Assembly: GCF_006345805.1 (NCBI RefSeq)
Contig: NC_043007.1
Span: 52,142,001-52,206,000, forward strand
Origin: Octopus sinensis
Taxonomy: Eukaryota
Direction: 5' to 3'
Length of the DNA stretch: 64,000 nt
The notes below the pieces were generated by a model, which was not told the origin of the DNA, searched no databases, and was given only the letters and a program-made list of their open reading frames with translations. Shown piece after piece: positions 25,170 to 37,705 of the stretch (positions are counted from its first letter, which is position 1; every line of letters starts with the position of its first letter). Position numbers and translations under genes: made by a program.

Positions 25170-27378
25170 CATATAGGAATTACTGCAGAGATGCTCAAAA
25201 TATCTGGCAGTGTCGGCTATAACCTAGTCACCCGTATAGTCAACCAGGTGATACACGAAGGAGTCATACCCAATGACTGGTGTAGCAGCGTACTAGTCAA
25301 CTGCTACAAAGATAAAGGTGATGCCCTAGATACAAATAATTACAGAGGTATCAAGCTGTTGGATCAGGTAATGAAGGTTACGGAGAGGGTCATAGCCCAA
25401 CTAATTAGAGAGAGAGTTAGTTTAGATGAGATGCAGTTTGGGTTTGTGCCAGGGAAAAGCACCACTGATGCTATATTCCTGGTAAGGCAGCTGCAGGAGA
25501 AATACCTAGCCAAGATAAGCCCCTGTACCTGGCTTTCGTTGACATGGAGAAAGCCTTTGATAGGGTCCCCCGATCCCTCATCTGGTGGTCAATGAGGAAA
25601 CTAGGGATAGATGAATGGCTGGTGAGGGCTGTGCAAGCCATGTACAGAGATGCCGTAAGCAAGGTTAGGGTTGGCAACATGTACACAGAAGAATTCAAAG
25701 TAGAGGTTGGGGTCCACCAGGGTTCAGTACTCAGCCCCCTCCTATTTATCATAGTCCTCCAGGCAATAACAGAGGAATTCAAGACAGGTTGCCCCTGGGA
25801 GCTCCTCTATGCTGACGACCTCACTCTAATTGCTGAGTCACTATCAGAACTGGAGGAGAAGTTCCAGGTGTGGAAGGAGGGTTTAGAATCGAGGGGCCTT
25901 AGAGTCAACCTAGCTAAAACCAAAGTACTAATAAGTAGAAAGGTAGGCAATCCACAAATGTCCTCAGGAAGATGGTCCTGCTCGATCTGTAGAAAAGGTG
26001 TAGGTAGAAACTCTATAAGATGTACCCAGTGTAAGCTATGGACACATAAGAGGTGCAGCAATGTCAAAGGTAGGCTAACTGGGAAGAAAGTTTTTATATG
26101 TGGCAGATGCTCGGGAGCATTGACCTCCGAAAATCTGCAGAAAACAACTTCCGTCACTTTCCAGGGGGAAAAATTAGAAGTAGTTGATAGCTTCCGTTAT
26201 CTAGGTGACCAAGTCAGTAGTGGGGGTGGGTGCGCTGAGAGTGTAACTGCTAGAATAAGAATAGCCTGGGCAAAGTTTAGGGAGCTCTTACCTCTGCTGG
26301 TGACTAAAGGCCTCTCGCTCAGAGTAAAGGGCAGACTGTATGATGCATGTGTTCGAACTGCCATGCTACATGGCAATGAAACCTGGGCTGTGACTGCCGA
26401 GGACATGCGTAAGCTCATAAGGAATGAAGCCAGTATGCTCTGATGGATGTGTAATGTCAGTGTACTTACTCGACAGAGCGTTAGTTCCCTGAGAGAAATG
26501 TTGTACCTAAGAAGCACCAGTAGTTGCGTGCAAGAGAGACGATTGCGCTGGTATGGTCATGTGGCGAGAATGGATGAAGATAGGTGTGTGAGAAAGTGCC
26601 AATCCCTAGCAGTTGAGGGAACCCGTGGAAGAGGTAGACCCAGGAAAACCTGGGACGAGGTGGTGAAGCACGACCTTCGAACGTTAGGTCTCACCATGGA
26701 AATGACTAGAGACCGAGACCTATGGAAGTATGCTGTGCGTGAGAAGACCCGGCAAGACTAGTGAAGCCATAACTCGTGGCCCCTACCTGGGACGTAGTCA
26801 GTCCACCTGTGCATACCTTCCTGCTTGTGACACTTGTGAAGACCTGTTGAGGCAAGTCAAATCAAAGTCAAATCGAATCAAGTCAAACCAAATCAAAATA
26901 GATGAACATCAATGGAATTTGTATCCTTGTGGTACCAGTGCCGGTGGCACATAAGAAAACCATCCGAACGGGACCGTAGCCAGTACTGCATCGACTGGCC
27001 TCCGTGCCGTGGGCACGTAACAAACACCATCCGATCGTAGCCGTTCGCCAGCCTCGTCTGGCACATAAGAAAAACACCAAAAACACCATATCCGAGCGTG
27101 GCCGTCTGCCAGCCTCGTCTGGCACCTGTGTCGGTGGCACATAAAAGACACCATCCGAGCTTGGCCGTCTGCCAGCCTCGTCTGGCACCTGTGTTTAGTG
27201 GCACATAAAATCACCCACTACACTCTCTAGTGTGGTTGGGAGGTAGGAAGGGCTCCAGCTGTAGAAACACTGCCAGATCTGACTGGCCTGGTGTAGCTTT
27301 GGGCTTGCCAGACCCCAGTTGAACCGTCCAACGATGCTAGCATGGAAAGCGGACGTTAAACGATGATGATGATGATGA
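25170..27378 (+). mobile_element. 5'-truncated RTE-clade LINE (RT, PHD-like finger, C-terminus, 3'UTR, (GAT)n tail)
   Basis: NYRGIKLL, QFGFVPGKSTTDAIF, DMEKAFDRVP, GVHQGSVLSPLLF, YADD, FRYLG, RLRWYGHVARM and RGRGRPRKTW. One frameshift near 25520 and a TGA at about 26441. Confidence 0.97.
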
Positions 27379-27973
27379 AATACATATATTATACATATAT
27401 TATACATAATATATATATATAAAACATATATATATATACATACTATATATATACATACATAATATACATACATATATATATACATACATATATACATATA
27501 ATACATATATCTTATTATATACAAATATATATACATATATATACACATATATATATATACACATATATATATACACCCACGTATATATATATATACACAC
27601 ATATATATATATATACACCATATATATTATATATTAAACAATAAAATATATATAACATATATATATACACACACCTATATATATACACACATATATATAT
27701 ATATATACACAAACACATATATATATACATATATATATATACACACACATATAAAAAACAAAACATATATACATAATATATATTACATATATATATACAC
27801 ACATATAAAAAACAAAAAACAAACAAAAAATACACACACACATATATATATATACATATATATATATACAAATATATATATATATATATATACACCATAT
27901 ATATACACATATATATATACATACAAATATATATATATACACACATATATATATAAAATATATAAATATATAT

Positions 27974-28010
<37 letters not shown>

Positions 28011-28036
28011 TCTATATATAATATATATATACAGAC

Positions 28037-28093
<57 letters not shown>

Positions 28094-28116
28094 CATATAT
28101 ACATATATATCTATAC

Positions 28117-28205
<89 letters not shown>

Positions 28206-28261
28206 CATACATTATTATATATACATATATAATATATATACACATACATATATATATAGAC

Positions 28262-28293
<32 letters not shown>

Positions 28294-28741
28294 CATACAT
28301 ATATATATATACATATATATATATAATACATACATATATATATATACATATATATATATATACCATATAATATATATACATATATATATAACATATATTT
28401 ATATATATACATATTATATATACATATATATATATAGACACATATATATATATATATATACACACATATATCATCATCATCATCATCATCATCATTTAGC
28501 GTCCGTTTTCCATGCTAGCATGGGTTGGACGGTTCAACTGGGGTCTGGGGAGCCCGAAGGCTGCACCAGGCCAGTCAGATCTGGCAGTGTTTCTACATCT
28601 GGATGCCCTTCCTAACGCCAACCACTCCGAGAGTGTATGGGTGATTTTATGTGCCACCGACACAGTGCCAGACGAGGCTGGCGAACGGCCAGCTCGGATG
28701 GTGTTTTTTGCCACCGACACAACACACATATATATATATAC

Positions 28742-28793
<52 letters not shown>

Positions 28794-28871
28794 CATATAT
28801 ATAATAATACTATAATATATACATATATATATATATTACATATATATATAATACATAATATATATAATAGC

Positions 28872-28902
<31 letters not shown>

Positions 28903-29021
28903 CATATATAATATATATACATATATATATATTATACATATATATATATATACATATATATATATATTACATATATATATATACATATATATATACATAC
29001 ATATATATATAAAATATATAT

Positions 29022-29086
<65 letters not shown>

Positions 29087-29153
29087 CATATATATATACA
29101 TACATTATATATATACATATATATATACATACATATTATATATACATCTATAT

Positions 29154-29200
<47 letters not shown>

Positions 29201-29233
29201 AATATATATATATACATATATATATACACACAA

Positions 29234-29267
<34 letters not shown>

Positions 29268-30860
29268 TATACATATATATACATATATATATATACATAT
29301 ATATATACATACATACATATACTATATATATATATATATATATATATAACTATATATATATATACACACATGTATATATATACATATATATATACATATA
29401 TATATATATACACCCATGTATATATATACATATATATATACATATATATATATTATATATACACACATAATATATATATACATATATACATATATTATAT
29501 ACACACACACACAAATATATATACATATATACATATATATATACACACACACACATAAATATATATATACATATATATAATCTACACACACACACACATA
29601 TATATATAATATATATATATATATACTATAGTGTATATATATTATATATATACATACATATATATACATACTATATATATACTATAATAATATATACATA
29701 TATATATATACATATACACACATATATATATATACACACATATATATATATACATATACACATATATATGTACACATATATATATACATATACACATATA
29801 TATATATACACACACATATATATATACACATATATATATACATATATATACATATATATATATATACATACATATATATATACATACATATATATATACA
29901 TACATATATATATACATACATATATATATACATACATATATATATACATATATATACATATACATATAGATACATATACATATATACATATATATATACA
30001 TACATATATATATACATACATATATAATATACATACATATATATATACATATATATACATATACATACATATATATATACATACATATATATATACCTAT
30101 ATATATATACACTATATATATATATACATATACATATATACACATATATATATATATACACATATATATATATATACACACACAATATATATATATACAC
30201 ACACATATATATATACATATATATATATCTATACACATATTTAGTATATATACTATATATATATATACACACACATATATATATACATATATATATACAC
30301 AACATATATATATATAACATATATATACACATATATATAATATATACATATATATATACACATATATTATAATACATATATATAATACATATTATATATA
30401 TATATATACACATATATATGTACATATATATATATACACACACATATATATATATTATATACACATAATATATATCATATATATATATACACACACATAT
30501 ATATATACATATATATATATATACATATATATATATACATCTATATAGTCTTATATAATATATACATATATATATACATACATATATACATATAACATAT
30601 ACATTATATACATATACATATATATATACATACATATATATATACCACAATATATCTACAATATATATACACATATTATATACATATCTTCATATACATA
30701 TATATATATATACATATATATATAACATTATATATATATTAATATACATATATATATATATACATATATATACATACATATATATATAATACACATATAT
30801 ATATATATACAGCTATATAATAACAATACATATATTATATACATATATACATATACATAT
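27379..30860. repeat. About 3.5-kb imperfect (TA)n/(TACA)n microsatellite, interrupted by a reversed RTE 3' end at about 28475-28720
   Basis: Read directly. Similar tracts occur at 24765-25170, 33730-34640 (TG-rich) and 41480-41920. Confidence 0.97.
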
Positions 30861-31086
30861 ACTTCCGGCTTTCGTAGAGTAAACACGTGTTGTCTCGCTC
30901 TGCGATAAAAAAACAAAAAGGGCTGCATAAAATCGACGAAATAACTTGGCAAATCACTCACAAAACGTAGAAATTGTTACTTTATAGACGCGTACCTGGA
31001 TATTTGCTTAAAAACCGCAATATATTTCTGCCACAAGTCAAGTATTGACACAAAGATCTCTTCCTGTCGAAACGCACGTGGAATCT

Positions 31087-31673
31087 TCTAAATTTATTTC
31101 CAGTCGATAAGTACCCTAATTCCTGTTTATATCTCCGCAAAAACGTATCACAAATTCTTGCTTTACTGTTAATTTCGTTATATCTATTATCTATAAATTA
31201 CCTGTTACTCTGTTTATATATGTATATGCGTACATGTGCGTATATGTCTGTATGTATATGCATGTGTGTGTGTGTTAGAAGTAGAATCGTATTGTAGTTT
31301 ATCTTAAGAGACATTGTCTGTAGCGAAATAAATATATATTTCCATCTTCTTTTTTTTTTTCTTTGCTTAAACTCTGTAAACCTAAATTTATTTCCAGTCG
31401 ATAAGTACCCTAATTCCTGTTTATATCTCCGCAAAAAAACGTATCACAAACTCTTGTTTTACTGTTAATTTCGTTATATCTATTATCTATAAATTACCTG
31501 TTACTCTGTTTATATATGTATATGCGTACATGTGCATATATGTCTGTATGTATATGCATGTGTGTGTGTGTTAGAAGTAGAATCGTATTGTAGTTTATCT
31601 TAAGAGACATTGTCTGTAGCGAAATAAATATATATTTCCATTTCTTTTTTTTCTTTGCTTAAACTCTGTAAAC
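31087..31673. repeat. Near-identical tandem duplication, period about 295 bp
   Basis: ctaaatttatttccagtcgataagtacc starts at both 31087 and 31382; more diverged partial copies continue to about 32120. Confidence 0.9.
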
Positions 31674-32635
31674 CTCCTGGCGTGTTTTCTTTCAGCTGTT
31701 TTATTATTATTATTATTAGAAGTATAGTCGCAATTAGTTTTATTATAGAAGAATTTGTCTGTTGCGACGGACAAAATATTATATTTCCATTTCTCTTTTC
31801 CTCTGCTTAGATAATATGTGTGTGTATATATATGTATATGTATTATATATATATGTATGTGTATATATTATATGTATATGTATAAAACTCTGTAAAATCT
31901 CTGGCTTGTTTTGCCTTTCAGCTGTTTTATTATTATTATTTATTATTATTCTATTTTATTATCTATTATTATTATCACTTGTTAATATATGTGTGTGATA
32001 TATGTGTATTGTTTATATATATATGTGTGTGTGTATATACTATATAATACTATATAAATATATATAAACTCTGTAAAATCTCCTGGCCTGTTTTCTTCAG
32101 CTGTTTTATTTTTATTATTATTATTATTTTATAATTTCTTACAATTATTACTTTTGTTTATATATGTTTTATTATTATTATTGTTTCTTTATATACTCAC
32201 TTGTTACTCCTGTCTATATATGCACATGTGCACACGTGTATACATGTGTGTATGTGTATACATGTGTATGTCCCAAATAGCTTCGTTTAGAATTCTGTCT
32301 GTCTCTTCAGTTCTCTCCCTTACGCTTCTGTCTCTTCAGTTCTCTCCCTTACGCCCCTCCTTGGCCCAATAGCTTCGTTTAGAATTCTGTCTGTCTCTTC
32401 GGATCTCTCCCTTACGCTTCTCTGTCTGTCTCTTCGGTTCTCTCCCTTGCGCTTCTCTGTCTGTCTCTTCGGTTCTCTCCCTTACGCCTCTCCTTGTCGA
32501 TTCTACCTTACTCTCCTCTCTCAGCTCTCAATCTCTCTCTGAGGGCATAGACGCTTTCTCTATCTTCCTTCAGCACTCAGTCTCTCCTCTTCCTCTTCTC
32601 TCTTGCTCTCTTCTCTTGGCTCCCAATCTCTCCTT

Positions 32636-32735
32636 NNNNNNNNNNNNNNNNNNNNNNNNNNNNNNNNNNNNNNNNNNNNNNNNNNNNNNNNNNNNNNNNN
32701 NNNNNNNNNNNNNNNNNNNNNNNNNNNNNNNNNNN
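32636..32735. other. Assembly gap (100 N)
   Basis: Run of 100 n, flanked by a CT-rich minisatellite on the left and TA repeats on the right. Confidence 1.
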
Positions 32736-32743
32736 TACATACA

Positions 32744-32777
<34 letters not shown>

Positions 32778-32866
32778 ATATATACTACATCTATATACTA
32801 CATATATATATACATACATATACATATACAACATTATACATACATATTTTACACATACATATACCA

Positions 32867-32904
<38 letters not shown>

Positions 32905-32906
<2 letters not shown>

Positions 32907-35740
32907 CGAAAGAAGTTTGAAAATGCAATTTAAAATGTTTATTTACTCACCGGTTTCACTCTTTGGAAAAGATGTCAAAAGTAACATTTGGAAGTTTGTT
33001 GCGTTAATTATGGTTGTTGCAAATTGTTACATTACATTATATATATACAGTCTTTTGTAACAGGGACTGTTAAGGACATAAAAAAGTTCAACAAGTTCCT
33101 TAACAATATTGGGCAAAAGGATTACATAAATAATCGTTCTCAAGGAATACTTAAGATAGGTTTCCTGAAGAATTGATATTGGTACTGTATCTGTATATTC
33201 AAAAATGCACGAATATTGGTTGACACAGGACTTGCATCCACCTCATTGAGGGATCGACATACAAGTTCCGGTCGGGACACACATTCATCATATAAAATAA
33301 TTTCACGTGCGCATCAAAAAATTTACTCTACGTCATAAGTTGTGAAGGGTGCCACGAAGACTACATAGGGCAAACGAGCCTTACCCTCAGAGAAAGAATG
33401 ACAGTTCACCGACAACAACTGAGGGACCCCTCCACAAGACAGATACCACTAAGTGGACACTTAGACCTTTGTGCACACAATAAGTCCCCCAAACTCTTAG
33501 TCTTCCCACTATACCAATGCTCGGACAACACCACAGACCAAACACGAATAAATAGGGAAAGTAATCTTATTCAAAAATACAAACCACAACTAAACATACT
33601 CTAACATACCCCCCAGGCACACATCCAGAACAAACACACAAAGACACATGCACACTCGCACCATATCATGCAAGCAGACACATGCACGCATCAGCACACA
33701 TACGGCGCACTAGCAGGCATTGACCACACACATACGTGGCACACACACGCATGCATTATATATATGTATGTTATGTATGTGTGTGTGTTGTGTGGGTTGT
33801 GTGTGTGTGTGTGTGTGCGTGCATTGTGTGTGCGTATGTATTTATGTGTATATGTGTTATATATATGTATATATGTGTGTGTTGTGTGTGTGTGTGTGTA
33901 TGCATTGTATATGTGTATATGTGAATGCATTGTTTGTGTGTGTGTGTGGTGTGTATATATATATGTGAGTGTACGTTATATGTATGTATTTTGTGTGTGT
34001 GTGCATTATATATATATGTGTGTATATGTATATATATATATATATATATATCTATATACACATATATATATGTGCATTATATGTATGTGCATTGTGTATA
34101 TGTATATTATATGTATGTGTGTTGTATATGCATGAATACATGTATATACATTATATGTATATATATGTATGCATTGTGTATGTGTATGTTGTGTATATAT
34201 GTTATATGTATGTGTATATGTATATGTATACATTGTATGTATGTATATTGTGTGTATATGTGGTATATTTATGTATGTGTATTATATATATGCTGTGTAT
34301 GTGTATTGTATGTATATATGTGTTAGGTGTATATGTGTTGTATTTATATTATGTATGTATGTGTGCGTGTGTTGTGTGTGTTGTGTGTGTGTGTGTTGTG
34401 TGTGTGTGTTATATGTGTGTATATTATATATAAATACGTTATATTTGTGTGTTGTGTGTGTGTATTATGTGTGCATTGTGTGTGTGTGTGTGTGTGTTCT
34501 GTATGTATGTGTGTGTGTGTATATTATGTGTGTATATGTGTTGTGTGTGTGTCTATGTGTGTGTGTATGTGTGGTGTGTGTGTGAGATGTGTGTGTGGTA
34601 TGTATATGTATGATATGTGTGTGTGTGTGTGTATATGTATAGTGTGTGTATGGCCTGCACACACGCGTAGATGCGCACGCACACGGGCGGGCACGCATAT
34701 ACACACACCATCCTACCCCCGAAAATTCTTTAAACAACACACATTTACACCACCCTGGAACCAATCAAAAACAGCCCTCACACACACACAGACACATGTA
34801 TACGTGTATGTGCACGCACACAGGGACACACACACTCACACCAATCTCACCTCCATACAGGCACATATATACACACGCAGCACTATGTCAAATGTCATCT
34901 ACACACATACATGCGTACACATGCACACACACACACAACACCATGACAACCACACACACGGTTGACAAACAGACACCATCCGACCAAATACTACAGACAC
35001 ACAGACACATCTATTCACACCACATGTATATGTATGCACACACACATACACACAGAGACACACATTCACCTCATCCTAACCCCAAAATCATTGATGCTTG
35101 AAGGAGAGCCAAAAAAAGAAAAAAAACGGGTACATTCTTTTCAATTCCACATTTCTGCTAAAACGGACAGGTTAGTGACAACCTCACCACTACAATAATG
35201 TAAATCTTTTTGAACTCATAATATACTGTATGTGTATACTGAACTTTTTTTAATAATTCCTCCTGGAAATTACCCTGAGATGTATAATATATTTGTTTTA
35301 ATCTTTTCTGACCATTTTTTCAATGAGCTTGTTAAACTTTTTTATATTCTTAACATACTGTTGTCACCAAAGACTGTATATTTATATGGATTATAGTACT
35401 CTGTGTCAACCAATATTCTGTGCATGTTTGAATATACAGATACAGTACCAATATCAATTCCTTCTGGAAACTATCTTAAGTATGTCCTTGAGAACGATTA
35501 TTTATGTAATCTTTTTTGCCCAATATTTTAAGGAACTTGTTGAACTTTTTTATGTCCTTAACATGTCCCTGTTACCAAAGACTGTATATATATATGTAAT
35601 GTAGCAATTTGCAACAACCAATAATTAACGCAACCAAACTTCCACATGTTACTTTTGACAATCTTTTTCCAAGAGTGAAACCGGTAAAGTAAATAAACAT
35701 CTTTTAAATTGCATTTTCAAACCTTCTTCCGTATATAATT
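32905..35740 (+). mobile_element. 5'-truncated Penelope-like element (GIY-YIG fragment) bracketed by inverted terminal repeats
   Basis: 33200-33604 translates to RTCIHLIEG...FTCASKNLLYVISCEGCHEDYIGQT...RERMTVHRQQ...NRESNLIQKYKPQLN*. 32905-33228 is the reverse complement of 35398-35740. Confidence 0.8.
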
Positions 35741-35801
35741 CCATTCGTGCGGTACCCCACAACTCCACTTTATTATATATATATATATATTATATATATA
35801 T

Positions 35802-35835
<34 letters not shown>

Positions 35836-35866
35836 CATATTAGGAGGCGCATTATATACATATAAT

Positions 35867-36095
35867 GGAGGCGCAATGGCCTAGTGGTTAGGGCAGCGGA
35901 CTCGCGGTCGCAGGATCGCGGTTTCGATTCTCAGACCGGGCGTTGTGTGTGTTTATTGAGCGAAAACACCTAAAAGCTCTACGAGGCTCCGGCAGGGGGT
36001 GGTGATCCCTGCTGTACTCTTTCACCACAATGGCGGTGCCCCAGCATGGCCACAGCTCAAGAGCTGAAACTGGAAAAACAAAAACAAAAACAAAC
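35867..36095 (+). mobile_element. Young tRNA-derived SINE
   Basis: Head ggaggcgcaaTGGCCTAGTGGttagggc (A box) ... GGTTTCGATTCtc (B box); CpG-rich; A-rich tail. Confidence 0.8.
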
Positions 36096-37351
36096 AATAC
36101 ATATACTCTTTACTCTTTTACTTGTTTCAGTCATTTGACTGCGGCCATGCTGGAGCACCACCTTTTAGTCGAGCAAATCAACCCCGGGACTTATTCTTTG
36201 TAAGCCCAGTACTTATGCTATCGGTCTCTTTTGCCGAACCGCTAAGTGACGGGGACGTAAAAACACCAGCATCGGTTGTTAAGATAATCCAATATAGGGT
36301 GTTATATTTTGCATGTCTTTTATCTAAAATTTTTATTATTATGCACTCAGCAATTTTTAAAAAATAATGTTGTTTGTATATACGTCAGATCCTAGACATG
36401 TTTTTATGTGAATATTTGTATTGGCATGCATATGTATTTGTAAGCATGCGTTTATGTATATGTGTAAGTGAGCATGTATGTTTGTACATATGCAGATACA
36501 TACATGGATGTATATGTATGCATGTATTCACTTGGATTTGTGTGGATGTGTTTTTACATACTTGTCTCTATATATTTAAATATGTGATCTTATATGTGTA
36601 TTTACTGCTCACATACACTTTATATACACATGTATACGTAATTTTATCTTGTGAACATATGTTAAGTATAGTCAGATTTTTTTCTTTTTTTTCTTCTTTC
36701 TTCCTTCATTTTTTCTCTCTCTATTCGTTACTTGTATAGAGTCCTGTAACTTTACGCCCCCCTCCCCTCTCTTACTCACGTCTTTAGCTTTCTGTTGCTT
36801 ATAAGATAATTACCTTTTTGTTTCTTCCCCCTCCCTGGGTTTTACTTATAGCCTATATGTATACACCAAGTGATTTTTGCATGCTAGCAAGATTGTGTAT
36901 ACATATGTGTACATGTATTTGTGTTGCATTTATATGTCTGTATATGTATGTGGTCTGCGCACATCTATCTGTGTATTTTGATGTATACATGTATATTGAT
37001 GGTTTAGTATGAGTATATACTGTTGTGAAATACTTTAATATATTCTAATTTCAATTTTTATGTATTAATTGTATTAATCGAATTATATTTTCTACATAAT
37101 TAATGACAATATGTCAATTTTTATAATTTTATATCGAACTCATTTATTTGTTTTGTTTATCGCTCACATATGACTGTTATTTGAAAGGACCAATCAAACA
37201 AATCCATTTTTAAAGGTGTAATGTTTATACTAGTGTTGATTGAATTGTCATCTGAGTTCTATTTTAACAAAACTGTCCGACAAACGGGAACGTGAAGCTC
37301 CGAGTAACAGCTTTTGTTAAATTTCTGCAGCTTTTAAATAAAGTATATATA

Positions 37352-37388
<37 letters not shown>

Positions 37389-37566
37389 TAAAGCTAATAA
37401 CACATTCAAATGGGTTCCTAAGTGGTTTCTCATCTAACCACCAATATTTTGCAGTTTATTACAATGGTGTTTGTTACTGTAGTTGTAGAGCTGGAGAAGC
37501 TCTTTGTTGTAAACAATAAATAATTCAATGTGGAATGAAAACGGGAGAGGAAGCAACATTTCTCAC

Positions 37567-37705
37567 CTTGAGGGAGTCTACAAGATCCTCAATAAGAAAA
37601 AGTCGTCGCAGTTCTTGAACAGTAGAATTGGTATGCTTCAAGATGAGCTTGACAACCTTCTGTGTTTTCTGGTCATTTAACTCAATGTCACATTCAAGAT
37701 ATTCC
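37567..37705 (-). CDS. RTN: Reticulon RHD exon (139 nt): (K)EYLECDIELNDQKTQKVVKLILKHTNSTVQELRRLFLIEDLVDSLK
   Basis: Found by manual translation (too short for the ORF track). Acceptor tttttag|, donor |gtgaga. Contains ELRRLFLxEDLVDSLK and is in frame with the 208-nt exon. Confidence 0.97.

Noticed and set aside
32500-32635. Sequencing-adapter contamination next to the gap
   Set aside because: The CT-rich sequence does not match the SMRTbell adapter pattern I know; it looks like simple repeat.
24503-35101. Many long ORFs rich in Y/I/M/C/V/H/T (up to 330 aa), also at 41.5-42 kb and 62.4-62.7 kb
   Set aside because: They are translations of TA/CA/TG microsatellites, which happen to lack stops in some frames.
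35867-35940. tRNA gene
   Set aside because: It has A/B boxes but no complete cloverleaf and continues into a SINE body, so it is treated as a SINE head.
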